From contig CAKKNE010000006.1 in NCBI GenBank assembly GCA_918797485.1, positions 2,976,001 through 3,040,000 on the forward strand: DNA of 64,000 bases, in the 5' to 3' direction. The notes below the pieces were generated by a model that saw only the letters and a program-made list of their open reading frames with translations, did no database searches and was not told the DNA's origin. Source of the stretch: Pelagomonas calceolata. Taxonomy: Eukaryota. This document shows positions 52,581 to 62,568 of the stretch, one piece after another. Within the stretch, counting starts at the first letter, position 1, and each line of letters starts with the position of its first letter. The position numbers were made by a program, and so were the translations under genes.

Positions 52581-53966
52581 TTAGGACACCTCCCGCACGA
52601 CGACGGCCCCGCGCGCCGCCGTCGGCACGACGGACCCGGGCCGCGAGTGGTCCATCGTCCGCTGGAGCTTCTCCCGGCGTCTTTGCCGGTCCTCGTCCCT
52701 GCGATCTCTCATCTTCTTCACCATCTTCGGCAGGTTCCGCCGCCTCACCAAACGCTTGACCTGGGGCATGTGCGCGTGGCGCTCCACGAGCTTCGCCCGA
52801 TAGTCCACGGCGAGAGCCTCCCTCCTGCTGATGGGTCCCAGTCGCTGCGACGCTCTAGCTTTCCACACTCTAAGGTTGAAGTCTTCCGAAGCGGTGAGCA
52901 CAAAAGTAGCGTCGGCCGTGTACCTTACCGAAGACAAAGCCTGCATCCTCGACGTGTGGTAGACATCTCTAGAACGCCCAGCATCGGCGCCTCGCGCCGG
53001 AAACAACCGCACGGTCTTGTCCGTCGAGGCCGCCGCGAACTCCTTGCCGGTAGGAGCGAAGGCCACGTCGACCACCGCCGAAACGTGGCCTTCGTGCACC
53101 ATGCGAGGCCGCTGCAGCTTCCGGCAATCAAAAGTGTAGCAAGCGTGGTCCTCGCCCCCCACCACGAAGCACGTCGGCTCGCGCGGGTTCCAGGCCAATG
53201 CTCTGCATGGGCTTCGCAGGATAACTTTCCTCAGGGGCGTCGGTGCGCGACTGTCGAATAAAGTCGCGGCTCGGTCTCGCGACGTCGATGCCAATAATGA
53301 AGGCTCGGCGGGGTTCCACCGCGCCTTGAAGACACTGTCCGAGCCCCAGGTCCACGTCCGCAAGGGTTGTGATCGTGCAGCATCCCAGAGCTCCACCAGA
53401 CCATCTGCACCTGCCGTGCAGAACGCGCCGGCCGTCTTCCGATGCCACGACGCGTCGACGTCGTTGAGTGTAGTGGACGAGGTCCAGGTCTCGAGCGGGG
53501 GTTTGGCGTCGTTTAGCGTGATTTGGGTCCGCTGTCCCGTGGATTGCGCGACTTCGAGGCGCCACCTTTTGATCTGGCGTTCGCCACAGCTCAGCACGTC
53601 CGTGCCGTCCCGCGTCAGCGTCAGGCCCTTGACGGCGCCGACGTGGGCGGCGCCTGAGGACCACACACATTGTCTAGCTGCTAAATCCCACGCGCGCACC
53701 TCGCCGTCGGCGCCGCCGCTCACACATTGTACTAGCACACCTCTTCTCGGTACCGCTAAGGCTGTCAATGCATCAGAATGCCCCTCCAGCGCACACACAA
53801 AGGGCTTGGCCATCATCCTCTCCAGTTTCGCGGCGACGACGGCCCTTTGGTATTCTCTCGCTTGGGCGAAGGGGTGGTGCTTCGGATCTAAATTTCTGCG
53901 GGCCAATTTCGGGTCCGCGCCGTTGATCTCGCGCTTCGCGGAGCGGGCGATGACTTTGACCTTCAT
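52581..53966 (-). CDS. SOF1: SOF1/DCAF13, U3 snoRNP-associated WD-repeat protein
   Basis: MKVKVIARS, RNLDPKHHPFAQAREYQRAVVAAKLERMMAKPF, SRDVYHTSRMQ, NLRVWKARAS. Confidence 0.95.
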   Translation of the reverse strand: MKVKVIARSAKREINGADPKLARRNLDPKHHPFAQAREYQRAVVAAKLERMMAKPFVCALEGHSDALTALAVPRRGVLVQCVSGGADGEVRAWDLAARQCVWSSGAAHVGAVKGLTLTRDGTDVLSCGERQIKRWRLEVAQSTGQRTQITLNDAKPPLETWTSSTTLNDVDASWHRKTAGAFCTAGADGLVELWDAARSQPLRTWTWGSDSVFKARWNPAEPSLLASTSRDRAATLFDSRAPTPLRKVILRSPCRALAWNPREPTCFVVGGEDHACYTFDCRKLQRPRMVHEGHVSAVVDVAFAPTGKEFAAASTDKTVRLFPARGADAGRSRDVYHTSRMQALSSVRYTADATFVLTASEDFNLRVWKARASQRLGPISRREALAVDYRAKLVERHAHMPQVKRLVRRRNLPKMVKKMRDRRDEDRQRRREKLQRTMDHSRPGSVVPTAARGAVVVREVS

Positions 53967-54463
53967 TCTGGTGCTGCAGGCTGTGCGTGATGTGCTGTGC
54001 TTTGTGCAGTGCAGATTCGGTGCAACACTTGCGCAGTGATGCCTGCGCAGCGATGCGGGTGTTTTTGAGAGCGATGCCCTCGCAGAGGCCGCGTTTTGAG
54101 CCTATTGCCAGCGTCTCGCCGCGCCTCAGCACTCGCCTCAGCTCAGCGGGGGCCCGTTGTATCCGTTGAAGAGTCTTCTTAGGCTCCTAAGAAAGATGGC
54201 GTCAATGGAGCGCTGCAGCCATTTTGTGTCATTGCTAGCGGTAAGACACTAGCATGCACAAAAAGCACGCCGCTTTTTTGGAGCTGCACAGCCCAACAGC
54301 GTGCCCTATTCGTTCGAGAAAGCACGTCAGCGCTGCCTCAGCTCGATAACAGCACTGCTCCGAGAGCTCTTAGCGCATTTGGATAGCGTCGGCGGCGCTA
54401 GCAAAGATCTGTCTGCCAATCTTCGGCGGAAAAATCTGCTCGCGCGTGCACAACAACACAACA

Positions 54464-55843
54464 ATGCGTCTCGCCGTCGCCCTGGCCCTCGCGTGCACTC
54501 ATGCGTTCGTCACCACGCCGTCGCCGCGGCCACTCACGCGCCTCCGCGCCGCCCCGGCGCAAGACACTGTACGATTACAAAAGAAGATCACTGCGTTCGA
54601 GGCCGAGGTGAAACTGAAACAGACCCTCGTAACTAAGCTCGAAGCGGACCTCGCGGCGGCGCGCGAGGCGTCAAGAGTAGCAGAAGAAGAACTCCGAAGA
54701 GCAAAACAAGAATTGGCCGGCGTCGTGCCAATGAACAAGAAGTCCAGACGGGACGAGGTGCCCATCAACGCCAAAGCCAGCAGAGCGCCGAACGTCGACG
54801 CCTTCGTGCAGGAGAAGCGCGCGCAGATCGACCAGGCCGCCGCCGAGAAAAGGTTGCGAGATGAAGCTGCGGCGGAGCGCCGGTTCCGCGACAGCGCCGA
54901 GCGCCGCCGCGAGCTCGAGAAGGCGCGTTCAGAAAGGCAGGTCTCGCAGGCGAAGAAAATGCTTGAAAAAGATGCCGAAAAACAATTGTACGGCGAGACG
55001 CTCTATGATTTGATAGGAGTGACGAGGGACGCCTCCGCCGCGGACGTGAAGCAGGGATATCGAAAGGCGGCGGCGTCCTGCCACCCCGACACGAACTCGA
55101 GCAATCCTGAAAAATATTCAAGGATCATGGACGCGTACGACGTGCTCAAGGACGCGGAACGGAGAAAAAAATACGACGCCGAGCTCGACCTCGACAAGGC
55201 CATCGAGGGCACGTTCACGTTCGTCGCGTCCGTCGTCGACAGCGTGTCGTCCATCAATAGCCCAAGCGAGGACGATGAGGATAGTTGCGACGCGGAGGAC
55301 ACGTCATTAGCGTGCCAGTTCGAGCGCCGAGCCAACGCGTGCCTCGAGGTCTTCAGCGAGGAGCACATGGTCCTGCCCTCGACGGGAAGTCGGATCAGGC
55401 TGTCGCCGGACGGCTCGCAGCTTGTTGTAAGGCAGACGGCGGTCGAACGGTTGCTGCGGAAGGACCCTGATGTAGAGTACAACATCACTTCATTAAAATT
55501 GGCGACGCGTAATGATGATGTGCTGACGCTGGGTTTCCTGGACGCGTCGGAACTCAGAGTGCTCTTCGCGTCAGCTGACGAGGCCGAGGCGGCATTACTA
55601 AAACTGGCGACTGATGTGGTTGCCCCGCTGAACGAGCTGCGGGCCAAGGCCGCGGCGCCGGGCGCCATCGGCGCGCTGGGCGGCCTCGCGATGGCGGGCG
55701 CCGCCGGGCTGGCCTTCGCGGGCATATTAGAAGTGGAAACGGCCATGGCGACGGCGGGCGCCGTCGCTGCTTTAGGTGGGGCCGTGGCGTCGTCCGTGGC
55801 GGCCGAGGTGTCTTCCGCGAAGGAGTCGGAGGGGGACGCGTAA
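54464..55843 (+). CDS. DnaJ-domain protein with bipartite plastid-type targeting and a C-terminal TM region
   Basis: Signal ending HA-F; LYDLIGV...YRKAAASCHPD...AYDVLKD. Confidence 0.85.
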   Translation: MRLAVALALACTHAFVTTPSPRPLTRLRAAPAQDTVRLQKKITAFEAEVKLKQTLVTKLEADLAAAREASRVAEEELRRAKQELAGVVPMNKKSRRDEVPINAKASRAPNVDAFVQEKRAQIDQAAAEKRLRDEAAAERRFRDSAERRRELEKARSERQVSQAKKMLEKDAEKQLYGETLYDLIGVTRDASAADVKQGYRKAAASCHPDTNSSNPEKYSRIMDAYDVLKDAERRKKYDAELDLDKAIEGTFTFVASVVDSVSSINSPSEDDEDSCDAEDTSLACQFERRANACLEVFSEEHMVLPSTGSRIRLSPDGSQLVVRQTAVERLLRKDPDVEYNITSLKLATRNDDVLTLGFLDASELRVLFASADEAEAALLKLATDVVAPLNELRAKAAAPGAIGALGGLAMAGAAGLAFAGILEVETAMATAGAVAALGGAVASSVAAEVSSAKESEGDA

Positions 55844-56165
55844 GAGTTTGATTTGATGCCTGGCCCCGTCCGCGGCCTTTCTGCACACGCCGCTCGCCGA
55901 TTCGTCGGCGGCGGGCGCGGGCCGCGACTCGCGGGCCGCGCCGAGCCTGGTTTCGTGGCGTCCCTCTCCAGAGGCCTCTCCAGCCGCCTCTAGCTGTCTC
56001 CAGCCGTGCTTCGGCTTGCCTTTTTTTTACCAACCCGTTTTGGCGCGTGTGCCTCTCATCTGCCAATCTGCTGCCAAATTCCGCGCCGCCTGTTGCCCTA
56101 TTGATCGTGCCGCGACGCGGTCCTCACCGAAAATTACTCCTACGCGCGCTGCGCAGCCTACAAGG

Positions 56166-56666
56166 ATGCGTCACCTCGCGGTTTTGCTCACTGGAGCCTG
56201 TGCTCTGCAGATGCCGGCACTCCAAGTCCCATGGAAGCGCGCCGCGCGGTCGCGCCAAGTCGAGAAGTCCAGTACGGCCGTCGCCGGCGACACCGTCCTG
56301 AAGCACGGTTTAGAGGTAGCGATGCTAAAAACAGTCCTGACTGGCTCGGCGGTCGACGAGAACGGCAACAGGATCTCACGGACCAAGCAAGCCAAGCAGC
56401 TGTTCAAGCGGTACGGCGCCGCGTACCTCACGACGTCGATCACGCTCTCGCTCATCTCGTACGCCCTCTGCTGGAGCGCGGTCGCGAACGGCCTCGACAT
56501 CGTCTCGCTATTGCGCCGGCTCGGCCTGAGTGCGGTCGTGAGCCCGACGGCCGGCGTGGGGACCATCGCGTACGTCGCGCACAAGGCCGCGTCGCCGATC
56601 CGATTCCCGCCGACCGTCGCGCTGACGCCGGTCGTGTCCCGCAAACTCTTCGGGCGCGCGCTCTGA
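56166..56666 (+). CDS. DUF1279/FAM210-like membrane protein
   Basis: KQLFKRYGAAYL...G.D...AYVAHKAASPIRFPPTVALTP. Confidence 0.85.
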   Translation: MRHLAVLLTGACALQMPALQVPWKRAARSRQVEKSSTAVAGDTVLKHGLEVAMLKTVLTGSAVDENGNRISRTKQAKQLFKRYGAAYLTTSITLSLISYALCWSAVANGLDIVSLLRRLGLSAVVSPTAGVGTIAYVAHKAASPIRFPPTVALTPVVSRKLFGRAL

Positions 56667-58481
56667 GCCTGCCTCCTCCCTTTGCCTGTTTTAAGTTTCT
56701 ATATACCCTACGCCATCGAGCAGGCGTCGCGTCGATGGCGTGCAGGAATCCCTTTTTTTAATCGGAGCTAGCGTAATCGACTTACTAGAAAATTCAAAGA
56801 TGCGCGTCGATAGCGTCAAAAGAATGACCCAAATTCAGAATACATCCTAGTCGTTCGCCGAGATCAAATATTCCAGCGTAGCGGCCCGGCAACATACCCT
56901 CGCGCCTCCCGCAAAGCACCGCCCGCGACTTTCGCGGATGAGTCTTACGGCTCGCCAAAGTTATCCAGCGATTGACGCCGACATCTACCGTCCAGTTGGG
57001 ACATTATATCAACTCCAGCTCAGTTTTCATACACAATCGACGGAACCGGAGCCGACGGCGCGCGCTCGGAGGGCGGGAGAAGAATTCTACAAGACAACTC
57101 TCGCGTTTATGTTCGTTTCCTTTCGTTTGTTAGTGGTAGAGTCCATCTAAAGCGCTAGTACAGTTGCCTATCTATATTAGGGGTCCCGTTGGAGCCGCGC
57201 GATTCGTCAACTCCGCGCCTCTGTGTTTTTACAAAAAAGACCTCAGACTCTAGATCTGCGGGTATCAGCGACGACACCATCCAGATGGACCATGACGCCG
57301 TTGTTCTATTCACGATCGACCGACTTGCCCGTTCTCCGTGGACGACGATGCGTACGCGGGCCACTGAATTGGCCCCAGACCGGTGAGTTATAAAATAAAT
57401 TTAAGTTTCAGGCGCTTTAGTAGTGGGATGGGCCAGATAACCGGCCTGACTGTCTACTACATTGCTCCGAGACCCAAAGATGCTTGGCGCGGGTCGTCGG
57501 TCTCGCGGGCCCAAGATCTTCTACAAACGGGTCTAAGAACCGGACCTGCGACCATCAGCCCGTGTACCTTCACCATGGACCATAATGAGATCATTTGTTC
57601 CATGATCGATCAACTTGCGCGAGGTCCAGATCAAGATGTTCACGTCCCGAGCGTGGGCAGCCAAAAGTACCCTTCTCGTGGTGTAGATGGCATATACTTG
57701 TAATTGACTATCGCTGGGGTAGTATGGGGTCCGACGAGACCGCTATTATGATTCCTGGGGGGCCTCGGGTAATTGACGTTTTTGACGGGAACGGGGCGCC
57801 ATCGGGTCCAAATTATTTACTTTTTTCGGATGTAGATCGGCTCTCGGACGCCCTCTGGGATAGGTTTATGGTCGGGTAGTCGCCTACGCCGCGTGCGCCG
57901 ATCCTTGGGGGGCTCCGGGAGCTCTGAAGCCATGCCAAGGTATTCATGGTTTTTTGGGCCGCACTGATGAGAGAAATGGCCGAAATATGCTGGAAGCGGC
58001 GGCGTATGCGGTGTAGGCGATTGCACGTGTATAGTACCGACCCTAGGCGACCCCGGGGACATCGCTTGGGCAGGGATTGACAGGATTCAGCTGGCGCGGC
58101 CGCCGTGGGCCTATCGTGGCATCGTCGCCGCGAATTAAAAAAATTCATTTTGGCTCCCAGTACGTGTCCCATTGATCTCTTTGGACCAGTAGCGAACCGA
58201 ACGCTACTCAAGCAGCTGCATGTCGCGTTCGAGTTTAATTCTAGTGTCTTACACACCGCTAGCTGACCGCACGAGTCGAGTTTGTAGCCACGCTATACGG
58301 CTGCCATCGGGCTCAGTGCTCGCGACTGCGTAGCGAAGGGCTCGTCACGCATCGGGACGACACGTTTTGGACACCCTCAACGGCTGCACACTGCACAACA
58401 GCCCACTCTCAGACGCGCCCACTCAGACACGCTCTCAGAGCTATTTTTACGCCGTTTAGATTGCAAACAAAGGACGCCACC

Positions 58482-58853
58482 GTGGATCTGCAAAAAGACG
58501 CCAAGGCCTTAGGGCTCAAAAGCCCCGTATCCACGCCCGCCGCCGTGCGCGCGGCCTACCTGCGCAAAGCGAAAGCGGCTCACCCGGACGCCGGCGGTAC
58601 GAAGCAGGAGTTCCAGACCATCCAAGCGGCCTACGAGCGCCTCGGCACGCAGCGCAGACACCAAGCGCGCGTCGACGCGCGCTACTACGCGCGGCGGCCC
58701 AACGACGTGATCGACAGAATAAACCACCGCCTCTCGCGGCCGCTGGGCAACCTCGTGCCCACGCGCTACAAGGTCGCCTTCCGCCTCGGGGCGTTGTTTC
58801 TGGTCCTCGGCGGGGCGGCCATGGCGGACGAGCCGCGGCGACGGCGACGATGA
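58482..58853 (+). CDS. Small J-domain protein with C-terminal TM, probably GUG-initiated
   Basis: ALGL...VRAAYLRKAKAAHPDAGG...FQTIQAAYERL. No upstream in-frame ATG; GTG sits in a GCCACCGTGG context. Confidence 0.75.
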   Translation: MDLQKDAKALGLKSPVSTPAAVRAAYLRKAKAAHPDAGGTKQEFQTIQAAYERLGTQRRHQARVDARYYARRPNDVIDRINHRLSRPLGNLVPTRYKVAFRLGALFLVLGGAAMADEPRRRRR

Positions 58854-59860
58854 TGCTAGCGCTTGTGGTCGCGGCAACGGCGCTGGCGCCCGTCGAACGC
58901 CTCTACCTGAGCTATGGGCACCGCGCGAACAGCTTCTCGGCGGCGTTCGACCCGGACCTCGAGCGGCACGTCACGGATCAAGGCTTCGTGGCCTTTGCGC
59001 GGCACGCGTGCACGCGGACGTCGCTCGCCTTCTTCGACCCCGTCTGTCTCGAAACAAATATGGAGACGGTCCTCGACTCTTTCATGGAACGAGAACGGCA
59101 AAGAGGCCGTGTCGCCTTCTGGAAGGTCTCGACGGCGACGGCGCGCTATCTGTGTGCGCGGCACGGCTTCGCGGCGGCGCCGTACGGCACGGAGCACGCC
59201 CTGGATCTACGTGGTGACATGCTGCGCGGGCCCAAAAGACGCAATCTACGGCGCGACGTGAATAACGCGCGCAAGGCCGGCGCGCGCGTCGAGGTCGTCG
59301 AGGCCGCCGACGCCTCCCTAACGACCTGCGAGCGGCGCTGGCTCGCCGCGCGGCCCCAGTCCCGCGAGATCCGGCGGGCCACGCGGCGCTGCCGCGCGGC
59401 GCCGGAGCCCTATTGCACCAAGGTGAGAGCTGTTGATGATTTTGGGGAGACGCTCGGTTGGGCGGCCTTCGACCACTGCTACCGCGACGGCGACCTCGTG
59501 GGCGCGGGCTTCTCCACGGTGCGGTGGGATCCAGAGGCCCCGAAGGGCATCCCAGCACTCCTAGCCGTCGACGGCGTCGCGCTCGTCGCCGACGGCAGAG
59601 CTACGTTCCGCCTCGAGCTAGGGGAAGCGCCGCTCGCGCCGCTGCCGACGCATCTGGCCGAAGGTTTTCCGCCCCTGCCCTTCGTCAGCGCCGTCACGCG
59701 GCTTGTCTACGACCGCGGGCGCCTTCTGTACAACGCCCGAGGCATCTCGGCCTGGAAACGCAAGTGGCGTGCGGAAGAGAGTGCATTGTGGATCTGTTGT
59801 GAAAAGGACCCGCCGTTTCTCGAGACGGCCGCCGCGCTCGCGCTGATCTATGACCCTTAA
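58850..59860 (+). CDS. Standalone DUF2156 / MprF C-terminal-like aminoacyl-tRNA transferase domain protein with signal peptide
   Basis: GFVAF, DPVC, G.E..LDL....L.G.KRRNLRR.VN.ARKAG, R..P.APKG, LG.APL, LYN..G...WK.KW. Confidence 0.75.
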   Translation: MMLALVVAATALAPVERLYLSYGHRANSFSAAFDPDLERHVTDQGFVAFARHACTRTSLAFFDPVCLETNMETVLDSFMERERQRGRVAFWKVSTATARYLCARHGFAAAPYGTEHALDLRGDMLRGPKRRNLRRDVNNARKAGARVEVVEAADASLTTCERRWLAARPQSREIRRATRRCRAAPEPYCTKVRAVDDFGETLGWAAFDHCYRDGDLVGAGFSTVRWDPEAPKGIPALLAVDGVALVADGRATFRLELGEAPLAPLPTHLAEGFPPLPFVSAVTRLVYDRGRLLYNARGISAWKRKWRAEESALWICCEKDPPFLETAAALALIYDP

Positions 59861-59892
59861 TTATCCAAGTACCATTACTCCTAACATAGCAC

Positions 59893-60657
59893 CTAGGCGA
59901 GCTTCGACGACACGAGCCCGAGGCCCCCGAACAGCACCGGGAAGAGCGTCGCCAGCGGCACGGCGATGAGCGTTTGTAAGGCAACATCAGTGACCGAGTC
60001 GTCGGGCAGCCCCGTGACCACGAACGCGCCGCCGAACGACGCGATCGCGAGGAGGAAGTTGAGCGGGCCCAATCCTAACGCGAGCGACACGACCGGAAGG
60101 CCCAGCGGCGCGAGCCGCACGAGCAGCGGCAGGAGCGGCAGGAGGTCATCATTCAAATCACCTAACAAACCCACGAGCCCGTTCTCCTCCGCGAAGAGGA
60201 GGAGCGGCTCGAGGTCGGCGAGCTTCACGCCCGCGCGCTCCGCCTTCGATAATAAGCCCGTCTTCGCGAGCTTCGTCAGTAATTGCGTCTCCTCGACGAC
60301 TTCGAGCGTCGAGCCGATCTCCTTGAAGGGGTCGACGCCGCCTGCGTGGTTTTTTGTGAGTTGTTTGTGCGGGGCGAAGGTCGCGTCGAGGGCGTCTCGG
60401 CAGTCCCACCTCGACGCCATCGACGCGTAGCCCTTTCGTCGCAATCCGACGTCGGGATATTAGCGGATTGGTCGAAAGCGCCGACGAGCGAGAGCCAGCA
60501 AGCGCGCAGTTCTGTCATGCTTCGACGCTGATATCTGACTGCCGTACGGCTCGAGCAGGCCTTGCCTCGGCGTGAGCGCCGGCGCCGCAGCGGGAGGGGC
60601 AACAAAGGCCGTCGCCTGGGCCAAGACGATGGCAACCAAAGTTGCTGACCGAGTCAT
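59893..60657 (-). CDS. DUF1118-like plastid membrane protein, 2 exons
   Basis: Signal ending TA-F; LLTKLAKTGLLSKAERAGVKL. Intron acceptor CACGCAG at ~60342; the donor is ambiguous (~60535-60560). Confidence 0.75.
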
Positions 60658-60946
60658 GCTTGCAATTTAGAAATAATCCCAACGCGCACAGCTGCTTGCG
60701 TTGCCCGCGGCTCGAGCACAGCCGTGTTTGCGGCACCGTCACAGGGGATCACCAAATGCCACTAGTATTTTTTTCCTACTAGTATCGACCCGCACGCAGC
60801 TGTGCACGCGCCACAGGTCGAACCACGCAGAACAACACGCCTTCGACGCGTACATGCCGCGCTGGAAGCCGCGCAACGGCAGGAGCCGGCCGCGAACCAA
60901 AGTCGCGCCCGACCCGCGTCCCCAAACCAACAAGTCAACACACAAC

Positions 60947-62167
60947 TCACCTTAACGCCCCCGCGCCCTTCAAGCGCGGCACCAACTCCCCCGCGGCGTC
61001 GAGCGGCGCCAAACCGGGAGACCCGTCGTTCAGGCCACCAATATAGGAGCCGTCAATGAAAATGGCGGGCACCGATGTCCGACCGGTCCGCGCGCCGAGC
61101 CGTGCCCGCCGAGCGGCGCCATCTGCTATCTCGTCGAGCTCCACAACAGTATACAAGGCGCCCTTTTCGTCCAGGAGCTCCTTCGCCTTCTTGCAGAAGG
61201 GACAAGATGTAAACGAATACATCAACACGCCGCCCCTGGAGACCTCCGACTCGATGGCCGTGTCGACGGCGGCCGCGTCGAACTCGCCAGCAACCTGTTC
61301 GGCCACGAACTGCTTGAATCCACTCAAATAATTTTGCGTGAACGCTGAGAGCTTCTGCGTGAAGCTGTCCGCCTCCGCCCATTCAGAAGGCTCGCCGGCC
61401 CAGCCGTCCGCCTCCTGCTCCGGCAAGAGACCAACGCTCCGCGCCGCGGCGACGAGCGGCCCCGCGATCGGGTCCTTCGTGCCTAGTTTTGACGGTGCTG
61501 CCTTCGACGGCGACGACGAGGCCTTGGTCAGCGCCCCCGTCGGCCCGCTCCGGAACAGCTGGCGGACACCTTCGCCCGCGGACACGTCCCAGCTCTCCAG
61601 GTGCCTCGTAACGACGACAGTGCCATCATCTCGCTCCTCGAGGACGTGCTCGACGCCCCAGGGCCACGCCAGCACCGGCGACCACGGTAATGCTAAACGA
61701 AGCTTCACCAGCAGTTTTGTTCTATAAGACATGCCCTCCAAACTTGATGAAAGCGGTCTTACAGAAGACTCGGTGATGAACCCACCGGCGAGGTTCGCCA
61801 GATTGCTCTCGAATCGCTCCCTCCCGTTAAACGACACGAAGGGGTCGGCGAATTCACAATCGACGTCGTAGCATCCGGCGTCCATCTTGCCAGTGAGGAA
61901 GTAAGGTCCCTCGGGGCCCTCATAGTCAAGCTTGATGCGGTCGACAGCCTCACTCACGGAGCGCGGCGGCGCCGTCGTCGGGCCCCGTTCCGGTGCGCCT
62001 TGTAAAGCGGCCTTGGCCTTGCCGGCGAGCTCGGCCGCGAACCAGGCGCCTTTCGTCGCGAGGGTCGGCTCGTCCCCGGCGTGTTGTATAATCTTGTGGC
62101 GCGGCGCCGGCGTCGGGGCGAACGCGGCGACGGTGGTGACGAGGAAAACAGCTACGAAGCGCATCAT
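60947..62167 (-). CDS. DUF2358 (NTF2/SnoaL-like) plus glutaredoxin fusion, plastid-type targeting
   Basis: YFLTG.MD...Y...CEFADPFVSFNG, LPW.P, HLESW; then SCPFCKKAK, TGRTSVPAIFIDG.YIGG. Confidence 0.9.
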   Translation of the reverse strand: MMRFVAVFLVTTVAAFAPTPAPRHKIIQHAGDEPTLATKGAWFAAELAGKAKAALQGAPERGPTTAPPRSVSEAVDRIKLDYEGPEGPYFLTGKMDAGCYDVDCEFADPFVSFNGRERFESNLANLAGGFITESSVRPLSSSLEGMSYRTKLLVKLRLALPWSPVLAWPWGVEHVLEERDDGTVVVTRHLESWDVSAGEGVRQLFRSGPTGALTKASSSPSKAAPSKLGTKDPIAGPLVAAARSVGLLPEQEADGWAGEPSEWAEADSFTQKLSAFTQNYLSGFKQFVAEQVAGEFDAAAVDTAIESEVSRGGVLMYSFTSCPFCKKAKELLDEKGALYTVVELDEIADGAARRARLGARTGRTSVPAIFIDGSYIGGLNDGSPGLAPLDAAGELVPRLKGAGALR

Positions 62168-62568
62168 CGTGCAGCACTGAACTCGTGTGAGCTTGAATTT
62201 AGATCGCTAACGTCGCGCTGAGGACGCGGCGGCTGGCTTGCGTGGCCAAGGCTCTCCCAAACTCAAAATCACGGCTCTCGAGACCGCTGTTTTTGCGCCA
62301 CAGCTCGTGTACGCTGTTCGTTCGGTGCAAAACACGTTCGAATCGCGTATCTAGAGCTCTTCGTTGGACAGCAGAGCTGGAGACGCCGATTACTAGTGCC
62401 TTACGGGGCCGCTAGCTTGTCTCCGGGACTTGAGCTTGAACAGCACGGCAGAGGCTGCGCAACGAGCTCATATACGATACACGCGAGCGATTACAAGTGC
62501 TCTGCAAGCAGCGGACCGCTGGAGCCGAACGCCAACGCCTCGGGCTCAACAAAGCAGCTAGCGACAGC

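Noticed and set aside
3216..62416. Motif A as a MITE or Helitron end
   Set aside because: No extended flanking homology, TSD or subterminal hairpin is visible, and the one-per-promoter placement argues against random insertion. Not fully excluded.
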